A DNA stretch of 63,437 bases, filler included, from Hyphochytrium catenoides (GCA_900088475.1; 5 parts of 5 records of this genome joined end to end with filler, not necessarily neighbours in it); one strand, 5' to 3'. Counted from the first letter of the whole stretch, positions 34,926 through 48,356 are shown. Translations and numbers: made by a program. Notes: generated by a model not told the origin, from the letters alone.

Positions 34926-35942
34926 TGTTGGAGTCTTAGGGCAAAGCTATGTGGCCTACAAGCTGGCAAGCTTAACTACCCAAGTTTCAGCTCTAAACTC
35001 CCAGTAGAAGCCGAGATATGAAGAAAGGAAATGTCCCTGTTTATTGCGAGCCCGAAGGGCGAGCCTCAATTTCAACCCACAGGGGCTTCAGCACAAATGG
35101 ACTTTTTCGTGTTGTTGTCTGTGTGTCTGTCTGTCTGTCTGTCTGTCTGTGAGCAAAATTTCACTATTTGGTTATTCACTAATCACTGTTTTGGCTTTTT
35201 CCTTTGGTTAGGGTCTGGATGTAATTTGGGTACATATAAAGGGGTTACAGTATAAGCGAAAGGGGGTTTATGAAACTAACTCGAATTTGTAACGCGAGAC
35301 GTATCACTATAAACGGAGACACATCGCGTGCGTCCACGCGAATTTGTGTTGTGTCCTCATTCTACCTGGGACGCATCACCTCCTATCCGGTATATTTAGC
35401 TTTAGGAGCTGATTGTAGAGGTGACACGTCACGCAACTCCTGCAGCAGTCGAGATTTGAGAAAGTTTCACCCTTCACTCACTCAGTCACTCACTCACGAC
35501 TCTTCTGAAGAAAGCGTGGGTGAGCGAGTAGAGAGATCCTTTAGAGTGTGCCTACCTAGAGGAAATAAATGATAGAACTACACATATGATGTAGGAGGAA
35601 TGAAGAGCTCCTGCTGTTACTTGTAGTTCTACAACAGGAAATCAGTGAGCCAAGCATCTTCGCTAATAATGCAGCCGAAGGCTAGATTACGCGCTATTAA
35701 CGTCGGGCGAGCCCTAGGCGAAGCCTAAAGCTATTGATATCTACGGCTTATGGTCAGTACCCCAGGATACCTCCAGGACTGACTATTCTAGACAGGGATA
35801 TCTCTATAACTCCATAGCTTAGACTATATTGGGAATAGTTGGCATAGTCAGATTAGCTCTAGTTTATGGGACCCCAGTTGGGCTTATAAGTAGAGCACTC
35901 TCATCTAATGACATTGTCCAATCATCCCATACAAATCCAACA
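34926..35942 (+). mobile_element. LTR copy (TGTTG...CAACA) interrupted by a ~694-bp insertion
   Basis: 34926-35042 matches the first part and 35737-35942 the remainder of the intact copy at 35979-36301. Confidence 0.85.
35043..35736 (+). mobile_element. Non-autonomous Helentron-like (HINE/DINE-1-type) element
   Basis: Defined by comparison with the empty site. It has a 5' hairpin gcccGAAgggc, a (CTGT)n microsatellite at ~35116-35150, a short subterminal inverted repeat gcccga/tcgggc and a 3' stem-loop taggcGAAgccta followed by ctatt. It sits in a T-rich site with no target duplication. Confidence 0.65.
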
Positions 35943-35978
35943 GCAATTGCCCCAAGGCGAGAGTTTGGACCTTCTATA

Positions 35979-36301
35979 TGTTGAAGTCTGAGGGCACAGC
36001 TATGTGGACTACAAGCTGGCAAGCTTAACTACCCAAGTTTCAGCTCCAAACTCCCAGTAGAAGCCGAGATATGCAGCAAACGAAATGTCCCCTGTTTATA
36101 TCTATGGCTTATGGTCAGTACCCCGGAATACCTTCAGGACTGACTATTCTAGACAGGGATATCTCGTAAATCCATATCTTAGACTTTATTAAGAATAGTT
36201 GGCATAGTCAGAATAGCTCTAGTTTATGGGACCCCGGTTGGGCTTATAAGTAGAGCACTCTCATCTAATGACATTGTCCAATCATCCCATACAATCCAAC
36301 A
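35979..36301 (+). mobile_element. Intact solo LTR, 323 bp (TGTTG...CAACA)
   Basis: Canonical inverted LTR termini, CTATA on both flanks (offset by one base on the right), and two further copies in the window. Confidence 0.8.
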
Positions 36302-39191
36302 GCTATAATCAAATGCAAACAGCCAATCTCGTTGCGCACGGGCATCCGCACCTCACCCCATGAACTCAGATTCCTATATATTTTAGAAGTGGGACATTAT
36401 GAACTGAACAAGACTGTTTCACTGAGAACCTCACATTTACTTCATTCGGGACGACAGCAAAGAACAGTTCTCTACAAAAGTCGTGACACGCTGACAAATA
36501 CCACCGTGGCGACCACCACCTGTCTCGAGGTCCCTCTTCAAAATACTCGCGACGATGGGCCTTTGGGGAACGTTTGCTACTTGACATCATGCCATTAGGT
36601 GCTGCAGTACTCAGGCCTCAATGACAGTTGAGATTACAATCATGGCAACGGCCACGTGGAACCTTGGAATCACGCAGAGGATACTACTCTTGGGTTACAA
36701 ACGGGGATTTATAGTTACAAGCAGACGTTTTGAGTGTAATAACACGGAAGGGTTACAATGAGATAGCATGGCTGGGAAGAGCTCAAGACTGGGGCAAAAG
36801 CCATGTAGGAGAGGATGCCTAGAGATAAGCAACCATGTAGGCGCCAAGCTGCATCAATCACTGGATGTCCGAAAGGAAGAGTGGTGTAGACAGGATGAGC
36901 AGCATTAACACAGATCCTCTTTTCTCTTCCTACTTCTTCTGGTGGCAATGAACACGGCAGTCCCTCGTTGACAGCGCTCGAGCTTCTCTTTCTCATCTCT
37001 AGTGACCGATCCTCCTGATGATGAGAATCTGGCGGAAGTCAAGGCGGTCACGGAGCCGTTGAGACGTCTACCTCAGATGGATAGGCGACAAAGAGGAAGC
37101 TAAATCGAAGCTCGCAGCCAGGCGGAGAACTAGTAGAGGTTGGCGGCCAAGAGAGTACCAGAAGACGTGCGCTGGGTTAAAGAAGTTCATTCAGCCTTTA
37201 AGTTCCTAATCGAAATGAAACGTAAGGGAGGCAAATTCCAGGCACCACCGCCATCAGCCCTGCATATTTGTGGCAGAAGGGACATGGACCTTCATTAGAA
37301 GGGGAGGCAAGGAATGAGAGGAGAGAGAAGTGATATGACAGTTGTCGAGAGAACGGAGGGTGGAGAGAGAGCAAGGGAAACTAGTGTTGACTGCCACTAA
37401 CTAACCATCAAACAACAACTCGTGGAACCGCCAGAAGGGAGAAAACGGAAGAGGCGAAGCGGCGCTAGGGGGATCTGTTGCTGAGAGTGGGGACAAAGAG
37501 AAGCAGATGAGAGACGGCGTCAATACTACTAGCCCTTGTCTTCAGAGGAGCGGCAGGAGGTAGACGGACAGGGCTTTGCTAATAACGAGAAGAAAGAATC
37601 ATGACGGTGATAATGGAAAGACTCAGAGGGGGTCTAGAAGGCAGGAAAGAGTTCTAGAAGGAAGAGAGGGGAGACGTAAACTGCGCTTGTAAAGGAATGG
37701 CTAAGAGTCAAGGGTCTTCACAGTGTTTTTTCTTGTCTCTCCTGGTTATTGATTTCTTCTCCCATTTGTGGTGGTTCCTCTGTCTGTCGTTGTCGTCCTC
37801 TTTCCTGTCCTTCCGCCACTATCATGGCTTAGGAGCACTCAAAGGCTTCGAATAGAGAGAGAACCTTCCGACACAGAGACCTTCAACGGCGATGGGAAAG
37901 GGAGGAGGACTATCTACCTCTCTAAACCCTTCGCTGTCACTCTCTTGTTGTTCGAACTCCGCTCCTATCTCACGGCCAGATTAGGGGAGCGAGGAAGCAG
38001 AAGAGTAGGCAGGAAAACGTTGAGATTGATGACGGATAAGAGGAAGAGAAGACAAAAACGAAAGCTCGTCCTGGTGGGCTGCTGGCTTTCTCCGCTTGGC
38101 TTCTTCTCTGCCCTCTGCTATCGACCCACCGTCTGCTCCTTCTTTCCCGTTCTGTTGGCATGGCAGAGACTGCTTTCTTCGGCACATGGTAGGGAGAGAC
38201 ATCTTGGTAGTACACAGTAACCTCCCTCAGGCCACAAAGGAAACCAGAAGTCGGCTCCGTGGCGGTGGAGAAGATTTTGCTTGTTCACCTGCTGCCCCAG
38301 AGAAACAGCCAGAACAGCAATAGGAAGAGATTCAGAGAAGTGGGTGGTAAGTGTTCAACGAGGGAAAGAGGAAAAAGGAAGAGACAAAGAGCGAGAAGGT
38401 TAAAAAGGATCCAGATTGTTTAGAGCCAGACAGAGCAGGGCAAGGTTATTATTAAGGGAAAGAGAAGAGCCTGCAGGGAAGCTGAACCTCCATTGACGTT
38501 TTGTCTTTACCCAGCGAAGATTGTTCTGTTGCCTCAGTCATGACGAGGAGCCTACAGACCATATGTAATAATGGCACAGACGGAGATCCATGCAGCAACC
38601 TCGATGGGAAAGGAGACTGAATTAATGGCAGGATGCTTACGATCTCACTAGAGGAGGGCTTGAAAGCGTCTCACGAGTTTTATGCTAGGAAGCACACAAG
38701 AGCAGGTCCAAAACCGATACATTTTCTGTCAGATTACGTCCCACTATCATTCGTGGTAAAGGGTCTGCATCCTCCTGCGGGAGGATCCATAGCACAACAG
38801 TGAAAAGGCTTGGTGTGTTGCTGATCGCTTAGTATAAGTTAAGGCTCGCCTTTGTCAACCTGTTCGTCTAGTGACCTGCGACATCCCGAAGCCTGGCATG
38901 CCGCCCACCATCCCAATGACCGCGCCACATGAACCCATTCTCGGACTCTGGTGCCCCGCTTCATTGTGAGTGCGTCCCTAGGCGGCCGTTCGCAAGGCAT
39001 CGCTAGTTCAATTTTATTAAACACACGTAGGTAAACTGTGGCCTCCAGTTTTAGATATAGCAACCTCAGCTGCTACATCTATTCGCTGACAGTACAGAAA
39101 GCACTAACGAGCGAGAGCTGTTTGATCACAGATTTTTGGACCCCGCTCCGTCTAGAGCTATTGGCCTATACCGTGCGCTTGCTCTTCAGCG

Positions 39192-41460
39192 TTAGAGCTT
39201 CAAAGTGCCTAGTCTCCTAGTGGTCTTGACCACCATGGCGCTGAATAACTGGGGACTGTCAAGGAAGACTTGATGGCACGCATACGGAACCAAGAGGAAG
39301 TCCGCAGGTTTCCCTTCTTTCCTTAATGTCTCCACCACCGCGTGCCCATGCTCTTTCGTCATCCAGTCCGGCCCTCCTCCATACCTGCATGCAGATTGCC
39401 GAATCGAGAAAAATCGTAAGAAGCAGATGTCTGGAGCCTAACCTGAGCAATAACGACAAGGAAGAACTCGGAGAGATCAAGCAAGTAGCATAGGGCAATA
39501 AAGAGTCAGTAAAGTTTACAAAGCGCGCTGTCCCGCTGCTGCTCTTACATGACCGACAGAGGGCAAGAGAGAGCTCCCGGCAGGAGGATGACTCTGTCCA
39601 ATGGCCGACGGGCATAGGCTCCTGGAGCTAAGATCAAGGGAAGACAGAGTTCTGCCGAGGGCTCATGCACCCAGCTCTGATATGCGTAGGCGATGAGCAG
39701 GTCGAGATCCACCTCCCCTGACCGAAGATAGCTAGACTTTGGCATCCACTACTCAGGAGAAAGGAGAGGTAAGAAAGATAGGCATCGAATCATGACCGAC
39801 AGAACCAAGCATTCTGACGTATCTTTGCTCTCCACTGAAAGTGGGAATAGGACACATCGTCCGCGGAGAGCAGTAGATCTTGAAAGTAGAGGAAATGGAA
39901 GGAAAGTGCAAACATAAGCCCACTGTCAGGAGTAAGCCGCCCAATTCTTGTTCCCGCACCTCCATTCTCCTCTTCGCTATCGTTCCCAGCAGCCATGGCC
40001 CGAGCGGTCCTGCCCATCGTACCAGCGCCATCGGACCGATCGCCAGGCCCCACACGGCAGTGACTAAACGACCAGCTAAGTCGTTCCGAGCGAGAGCGTT
40101 TATTTCTGGCCCGGCACCCATTCCCGCTGGGCTTGCTGGATAATGGTGAACCAGGACGGAAGGTCAGAAACTAGTCAGTAAGCAAGGTAATATGTAAGAA
40201 TACTACGGGTTTCATACGAAGGAAAAGAGATGTTGAATAGAGAGTAAGCCTTCAAGACCCAGACAAGATTCCCCATAAAGCACCGCTGCGTCAGGAGAGC
40301 TTCCAAGAGATAAGTCTGCCGGGTTCTTCCTAGCCGCTTGGGTCGTGTGTACTTACCAAGGATCAAATGCAAGACCCTCTCTCTGTGTCTCAGAGCGTAG
40401 TAGGTGGAATAGATCGCTCTGCAGAGAGCAGTCACGTAGCATGAGAGGGCCGAACGTAGACGGTTAACCAACAAGCATTACGTCTTCAGAGGAAAACCAG
40501 CCGCTCTCGAGCGACGGCTATATGGAGAAAACAGACAGCGCGATGCAAGTATATAGATAGTCAGGCTAACGGACGGATATTCGGAGACGACGACAACGAC
40601 AACTAGCAAAGCAGTGGCTATTCAACGGCCATTGATGGAAGCAAGTTGACGTATCCTTCTTGTGCCAGAGAAGAGTAGGCCTTACCCCATGCTATGTCCC
40701 AGTAATATGAACTGTTCCAGTCCCATGGCCTTTCTCCAATGTTCAAGTGGGTCAACAAAGAAGTCGATAGCCTCATCAAACTGGCGGGAGAATAGAGAGG
40801 AAATCAGCCCAGAGAGGTGGACATGGCGGCGGAGAAGAGGAGGTTAGACCTTTGAGAGACATTGCTGCCGTGATAGGACAACGACATACAGAGATATCGA
40901 CAGGAGGGTGGATCTACGGATGGACTCCATAATGGAGAAGATACAGAGTATAGAACCATGGCAAAAAGAAGCGGTTCGCGGTGACAGGACGGCAAATTGC
41001 TAACCTAGTACAGATGTTTTCGCCTGGTTGAAAGGAGACAGGAAAGAGAAGAGAGAGAAAGAGAAGAGAGGAGCCCCAGGAAGAAGAGTCCTAGCAAAAG
41101 AGATCGTTGCGGAAGAAGAACTAGGCTGATCCACTGACCGAGGAGGCTTTAAATGGCGGCCGGTGACTTCTTCCTACGCCCAACCATTCCACAGCGTACA
41201 CCTCAAAGTGCCTAGCGAGGTAGGCTAGATTGGCTAACCAGAAGCCGTTTCCCGCCCCGAAACCGTGAACGAGAACAAGGACGGGCGCAGCTGTTCCGCT
41301 CTTCTCTCCACCGAATCTCTCCACTCCGTCGAGGCTTGGGCTGTAAGGCACGCGTATGGTCCCCAGACCCGCTATGATCTTCTGTTCATAATGTAGCTGA
41401 TGTTTTGCAACTACTTCTTTGTCTAGTAACTCCTTTTCCAGGGCCTCTAACTGGTCAAAG
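39192..41460 (-). CDS. Alpha/beta hydrolase of the ABHD4/ABHD5 (CGI-58, Cld1/Ict1)-like lipase/acyltransferase family; multi-exon, 5' end unresolved
   Basis: Spliced motifs: LVLVHGFGAGNGFW, VYAVEWLGVGRSHRPPF, FFVDPLEHWRKAMGLEQFILLGHSMG (nucleophile elbow), YALRHRERVLHLIL.SPAG, YARRPL, YGGGPDWM and HQVFLD (HX4D). Stop at 39192-39194. Confidence 0.9.
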
Positions 41461-41599
41461 TATCGAGGAACCCAGCACCGAAGAATAGAGCAAGCGACAA
41501 CAATAGGGCTTAGCGCGGAGAGCACTAAGAGCAGCTCTGCGTTGGCGTGAAAGCGCTCGGGGAGTGCCACACCTTTCCATGCAGGTCAGAGGAGGAGTC

Positions 41600-42699
41600 A
41601 CCATTTAAGAAGAACGTTGCGGAAAGTCAGCCAACGAAATAGAGTTGTTTCAAAGGTGGGGATCGATGGTGACTGCGGGCTAACAAGCTCAAGATTGATT
41701 GCGTTTGCGAGATAAGCAGTGACATCAGAGAGAAGATGAGGAACGATACCGTCAGCTGACTGGTCTGTCGGGGTGGAAAAGGTAGTGAAGAGTCATGAGA
41801 AGCTCCTAAGAAATGCGAGTGATGCTGCAGTCACCCTACCTGTAGCTGAGGCCTTCTTGATCCAAGCCTCAAGGACGAAGCACTTTGCCAGAACAAGAGC
41901 CAAATTGAACGCAAAAAAGATGGAAGAGAGTGCAACAGCCTTACTTCTCTGTCTAAAAGAAGTCAGGCCCCGTGAGAGTCCGACCATGAGAGTCAGCGTG
42001 GCTAGCAGCATGCAGGGGATATCTGGCAAGTGGAGTCAGAGACGCAGGGAGAAGAAACATTAGAACCATGGTTGACTTTGAAGAGGAGAAGACGGACAAG
42101 AAAAGTAAGAAACAAATAGCGATAGCGTGTGCCAAAAGAAGAGAGACCGAGAGAGCAAGAAGAGAAGAGATAGAGGTTTCGGTGTCAAGGACGACAGCTG
42201 GAGAACATAGCACAAAGAAGGATAGAACCATGAACAAGAAAAGCACGCGAGTCTAGCTCTCAAAATCATGGCGCTCTCTCGTCGATGGTAAGATGTTATC
42301 CTCTCTTCAGAACATCAACCTACCTAGAAGAGTATTCTGAAAGTCGTAGCTTTCAATTATCCCTCCTCCAAACTTCAACTGTCCTCCAATGTGGGCCGGA
42401 AGATAACAGCCAAAGGTGACTATCGTCCAGCACAGCAGTGCCAGCACCCAGGGAGGCCTGGTGAGGATGAACCCCAAAGCAATCCACATCGCTACGAAGG
42501 GCAGAACAACAGCAAGTCGAGTAATGTCGTCAAGGCTTATCCTCCTCCTGACGAAAGGACGCGGCGTTTGGACGTGTCCTCGGAGGCTATTGTCGTCTAT
42601 CCTTCCAGTGTCTAGAGTGATGAATGGGTCCTCTCCATCCTCAGCCAAAGGATGAGAAGAGGGATAGGTAGGTCCCTTTTCATCTATTGCGCCGCCCAT
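41600..42699 (-). CDS. Hypothetical multi-pass membrane protein exons, possibly the 5' part of the hydrolase gene
   Basis: Hydrophobic ORFs 42307-42699 and 41793-42029 have GT-AG boundaries. I could not fix a single reading path through them. Confidence 0.4.
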
Positions 42700-45600
42700 A
42701 TTTGGTTAGGTCCGCACGATCCGGACAGCAGTCTATGTGAGCGTGGAGTAGAAGGGCGAAGGAACCGCAAGAAGTAGTACGAAAGGAGGCCGTGGCTCGG
42801 CCGAACCACTTCCTCCTAGGCCAAGTGCCCCGCCCTCCTACGGCAAGAGCGAATAAGAGAGGTATTGCGGTAGCTAGTCAGGGAGCAGTAGGACTGAGCC
42901 AAAGAATAGAGTGGACCCCAAAGTATAGCTGCGCGGGCGGTATCGCTAAACCAGTCCCCTTACAGCGCTAACTCTTTTTTAAATCCTTCGTAGGCTAGCG
43001 ACAAGAATGGATGCGGACTGTGGCTACGGAATGCAACCCTTTCACTGTTTCTTTCATGCAGACTGAAAGAAGGCTTGGCCCGGACTCTATCAATCACCGG
43101 GCCTATGAGCTATGGATCAATAATGACTGAAGCTGACAACAGACAACAAGGTAGGCCAATAGTCTAATTGTTGGTGCTTCCGTGTTATAGACATTCAATA
43201 GCCACCGGGAACGACATGAAAGAAACACTGAGGAGAGAGAGCCAGCATCCCGAAAGGAGAGCGCCTTCAGCTGTCCTTTCGTGCCATAAAGGATCCGAGC
43301 CAGGAGCTGAAGGCGCGACAATTGTAGTTCGAGAAGGCTGAAGGAGTTGAGCCCGCGAGCAGGAAGACACGGACTCTTAAGTAATAGGGGCCAAGAAGAG
43401 AAGGGAGGAGTCGTAAGAGGAAGACAGGAAGGAGAAAGGGTGGGGATACGAGCAGCTCTTGGGACCGTTGAGATGACTACCACGAAACCCATCAGGCAGT
43501 CCACGAACAAAGTTCTTTTATTCCACAAAATGGCTTAGGGGCAAAGAGGAGACCTTGACGCCTATGCTACTCATTGCTAGTTCCATTCGCCTCCCCTAGT
43601 GTTGTTGGAAGCCCGGGCAAGGAGAAGGAAAAAGAGACCAGTAGTAAAGAGAAAGAACCGAAGGGTTGAACTGAGGGGAAAGCGGTGGAGCTCTTTCTTT
43701 CTTCTGATGACAGTTTTTATAGTGTGACATGGCCAAAGCCTTAGTGCTAACGGTCGTCAGATCAAAGGTAATATCAGCTACCCAGACGGATGAGGGCAGA
43801 ACAAGCCCGTTCCTCTTGGCTCGGAGAACGCGTCTTTCTTACTACTACGAGGGCAAGGCAAAGGGAAGACGAGAGATGGGCTCAGTAGTTCTAATGAGGG
43901 ACGGGGAAGGGAAGAAAGCAAAAGAACCATGTAAATGACGAGAACCCTCGTAGACCATAGAGGAAGTGAAGTCGAAACTGTGCAGATCGTATTCTTCTGT
44001 TGATATTCGGCGGTTTATTTGTTCCCTTTCTTGACCTAATTGATGGCTTAGACCCAACGAAGGCCTGGCCACTTCCATGATTCTTCCCGTCTCCCAGCTT
44101 TTTGTCGCCACGGTCCGGAATCCTATAAATAGTAACGCGTCCTGTCCCTTATTCTGTCCCACACATGTTTGCTGCTGCTTGCCACGGGTGGTCTCCGGTT
44201 CCATCTCTCTGTTGCTCTGCCTTCGAACCTGCAATTCAGTGAACTGTCTTCCTCGCTTGTCCCTTCTACTCCCTCACCCGTTGCCTATTTTTACAGTGTG
44301 ATGTCTGACGAACATGTGGAGGTCCAACCAAGGGCGCATAAGTGACCAACAAATTGAAGCTGACGAATGACTGGTGGCAAGGTAGTATCAGGTCTCAGCT
44401 GTAGCAATGAACGATAGGCGATGGCCTGTCGCGTTATACGAAAGTGACCGGTCCGGTCGTTCTCCCTATCTGTAGGATGTCGTCTTCGAAGGGGAAGGAG
44501 CAAGCCCGAACCGTAGTTTTTGAGAACAAACCTTTAACCTTTCCTTCTCTGATGGTGATGCTGGAGGAAGGAGAGGAGAAGCGTCGAAGACAGCGATAGA
44601 ATGACAGCTCTTGCCTTCACATTATTTCTAGCTCTTCTTTTCTTATTCCTTCTGCAGGTCTCTTGTTTCTCACTCTTCTTTAGCCTTATTAGAGAGGTTT
44701 AGAACATCATAGAACATGTTGCCTCTTGGTCCTTCTTAGGGTTAGCGCTAACTGTCCTCATCAAGAGACGATAAAACAAAGAAAAAGCAAAGGAATATAA
44801 CACATTCCGCGCGGTAAAGACTAAAGACAGTCAGGATACTCTGGCGTCTGACCTTTCTCAATTCGCCGTACATGTGACAAATTAAGTAGCAGCATGAGGT
44901 GAACAACCGATGAGCAGTTCGTAGGGGATAGCATTGGGCCTGCTGGCTAACGTACCTGGAGCAGATGTTCTAGGGATCAGCAAACGCTCTTGCTCCTCTT
45001 TTCGCTCGGGACAATCGTCCTCATTGTCACCAACGAACCGAGGTTAGTTTGCCATCTTTCACGAAAGGCTAACTCCTACTTAGGCTCATGACCATTGAAA
45101 GGGAACACGTCTCTTGGATGTACGGTCTGTCCAGCCTCTTCTGCGCCACCATGCCTAGAGCCCTCTCCCTCACCTCTTCCACAAGCTTCCGCCTTACAGC
45201 CGTTCCGTTTCATCTTTGTCTCTGTACTTTACTAGCCATCTATCTTGTGAATTATAAACAGAGAGCTACAGTTCCACCGTCGTCGTCCAAGCCGTTCTAC
45301 TCGCTTCTGTCTAACAGAGACTGAAGCCCTCTTGTTTCTTGAAGGCCCGTTCCAGTCATTGTTTGTCATAACTCTTCTTCTAACATCCCCATAACAGTCT
45401 GCATCATCACACTCAAGGACAACTGTAGTCAATCAATGGGGCACATAAAGCTTCGAGACTGGGCTCAGCTGACCTCGTCCTGCACGAAGCGAGACCACCA
45501 ATCAAAAGAGGTTAATCTCAGCTAATAATGAGGCTTTTTTGAGTTCCTTACCTGATATTATAACCTCACTAAACGAATAGTAGGTAGGTAGGTAGGGGAG

Positions 45601-45733
45601 AGAGAGTGCGAACGAAGGGCAGGGGAACACAGAGTTTGGGCAGAGTCCTTCTGGAAGTGACCTGGTCGGGTCGACGGAGAAGGCGGAGCGAGGGAAAACC
45701 GGAAGCTGGTGTGATAGCCAGCAAGCAAAAAAT

Positions 45734-47353
45734 ATGTTGCAAGCCATTCTCTATCTGCAGACGTTCCTGAGTACGTTAATGTACTCGGTGATCATGCCCT
45801 CCGTCCCTCTCTATATAGAGGAGGTTGTCAATCCTTCCTCCTCTTCGTCTTCGTCCACTGAGTCAGTCAGCAACGGCTGCAATGCGAGTGGACTAGAAAG
45901 TGAAGAAGGGTCTTCTCCTTCCATATACATCGGTATGGCCGTTGGAATATATCCATTGATGGCCGCCATAGCCAGTCCTCCACTTGGCTGGTGGTACCAG
46001 AGAGCCAATCTGTTTCCCCCTCTTCTTTTCTCTCTGCTCTTTGTAATGCTAGGCAACGCGCTGTACATTCTGGCCCGATTGCTGGGGCAGGGACCATCCG
46101 CAGGAATCATGTTGATCATCTCATCGAGGGGTCTCATGGGGATCGGAGCAACCAGCGGCGGGTTAGCGCGAACGCACCTTGCGAAGATCACTCCTGCTAT
46201 GGATAAGGATAAAGTGATGGTCTTTGCCACGGCTTTTGAGACCCTGGGCCTCCTCCTTGGGCCTTTTCTCTCGGGTTTAGTGACCAGCGCAAAGTTCTCC
46301 GTGGGTCCAGTACTGATGGACCAATTTTCTGTTCCATCTCTTATCGCTATAGGCCTGGCAATGATAAGTGCAACTGGCCTTGTTCTCTACAAGAGAAGTC
46401 TCAAGAAGGGAGAAAAAGAGACAAGGCAGAAGATGGACTATGCGGAGATCGAGGAGCAAGAGGATCGAAGAAGCCGCATTTTCTCTTGGGAGAGGATTTC
46501 TGAGCATGGAGGGAAGCGGCGACAGGGCAACTCAGGATATGAGGAGGCTTTCTTAGGGGAGGATGACTTCGAACTGGCGCTAGATAAGACGGTCATCGGC
46601 GAGAAGAAAGGAATGAGGGGATTATACGTGATGCTCTGTCTCTCTTTCACAATTAGCAGCATTTGGGCGGCTGTTGAGACGATTATGGTCCCGTCCACAT
46701 GTCGCATGTACCAGTGGGGAGTCAAAGAGAACAGCTTCCTCATGGGTGGCTCTGCTTGTGTATGCGCCTTAGTCTTCGTCGCTTATCTCCTTATCCGGAG
46801 CCGGTGTCCAAGCATTCAAGCCTATCAGCGTCACCTTTACCTGATAGCCGTCATTCTTCTGGCTCTTGGTAACGGCTTGTTGATCAACGTATATCCTAGC
46901 GGCTCTGTCTTGCCTTTGGCCCTGTTCCTCTTTTCGGCCCTCGGTCCTCTCGCCGTGGGCTTCGCTCTCTGTCAGGCATTGGGCTACTCCCTGTATATGC
47001 TGCTTGTTCCTCCTGGAACGGAAGGCGTGGCTGTCGGCTGGCAGACGTCGGTCAACTTCTTGGCTCGATTTATTGGCCCCCTCGTGAGTAGCGGGCTGGC
47101 TGATGTCCTTCTCCTAAAGGATCCTCTGAAGTACGGATCAGTCGCCTGGATCTTTAACACCGTGCTGCTGACAGCTGCGACGGTCCTGATAATGGTCTTC
47201 TGGACTGATCTCTGGAACCAGACCTTCCCACAGGAGGAGAGCCCCTCAGAGGCAGGACTAATAGTAGAGACAAGCAACAGCGGGTCAAGTTTTTCCTACC
47301 AAGCTGTCCCTCACACAGTGAGGCTATCAGGCGGACTGTGCGTTAAGAAGTAG
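45734..47353 (+). CDS. Major facilitator superfamily transporter (MFSD8-like), single exon
   Basis: 539 aa with about 12 hydrophobic segments in a 6+6 arrangement around a charged loop. Motifs SVIMPS, GNALY, SRGLMGIG, GLLLGP and LARFIGP. Confidence 0.88.
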   Translation: MLQAILYLQTFLSTLMYSVIMPSVPLYIEEVVNPSSSSSSSTESVSNGCNASGLESEEGSSPSIYIGMAVGIYPLMAAIASPPLGWWYQRANLFPPLLFSLLFVMLGNALYILARLLGQGPSAGIMLIISSRGLMGIGATSGGLARTHLAKITPAMDKDKVMVFATAFETLGLLLGPFLSGLVTSAKFSVGPVLMDQFSVPSLIAIGLAMISATGLVLYKRSLKKGEKETRQKMDYAEIEEQEDRRSRIFSWERISEHGGKRRQGNSGYEEAFLGEDDFELALDKTVIGEKKGMRGLYVMLCLSFTISSIWAAVETIMVPSTCRMYQWGVKENSFLMGGSACVCALVFVAYLLIRSRCPSIQAYQRHLYLIAVILLALGNGLLINVYPSGSVLPLALFLFSALGPLAVGFALCQALGYSLYMLLVPPGTEGVAVGWQTSVNFLARFIGPLVSSGLADVLLLKDPLKYGSVAWIFNTVLLTAATVLIMVFWTDLWNQTFPQEESPSEAGLIVETSNSGSSFSYQAVPHTVRLSGGLCVKK

Positions 47354-48356
47354 TAGATTGTATGCGCCAGGGCTAAACTAATAGAACGAAATGTTGCAGA
47401 GATAAAGACAGATCTTAGAGGTGACATGAAGTGATTCGTGTCGTCTTCTGCTCGCACAAGAAGGAGTATTGCTACTTCAGCGCACTATCCCCAAGCCACA
47501 CAACTAGCGACAGATCCACAGGATAGTCAACCAGTAAAGAGGAAGTGCATCCTTGCACGGTTAATAGAAGAGTGATCACTTCCAAGGTAGTACTCGTCCT
47601 TGCGCCGCGCCCTTTCTTCTGCTGGTGCCAGCAGTACAGGTACTCCCTAACCTAGAGGTAAATAAAATGATAATGTAGCGATGTGCCACTACAACGTGTC
47701 TCACATAGTACTAGTCTGCGTCTACTACTCGCATCAAAGGCACCGCGCTTCTCCTCACATCTCAGCCACAGCAGAGGTATCGTCCAGACAGGAGTAGTGT
47801 TAATGCGGGCTGAGCTGGCTGGCTCGTGCGTTTGGGTACCATTGACCTTCGGACTCTTCTTCCTCTTAGACTGCGTGGTTAGTGTTAACTGTAGGACTTA
47901 CTCTGCCCCTCTATAAGACTCTCCAATTGTGGGGCTTGACGAGGAGTAGCCTTCAAAGAGGCAAACTGTCATTATTATTAGACGATGCCCTCTTTCCCCC
48001 TCTCCCGATCGTCGTCTGATCTTTTTGCCGATCTAGATAACTCTCAGACAGAACCTCCGCCCTGTCAGGGTTTGTCTCTATTTTTGTTTATTTTTGTATT
48101 CCTTTGGGAGCTTCTGATGTATGAGTGAGAAGGAGTAGACAGTAACCATCGCCTTCCTGATGGTCAGGATCGTCTCTTCGCAAGACAGGTCTACCGTCCC
48201 TTCCTCCTTTAGACTTACGATCACGCAGAAAGTGGACAAGCGGCAGCACCGAAGTTAGAGATCGCCAGGATGTTCATTATCATCAAACAAATGAGGGGAG
48301 AAGGTGGAGGTGCAAAAAGCACTTTCTGTCGACCTTTCATTATCCATCGATCCGTT

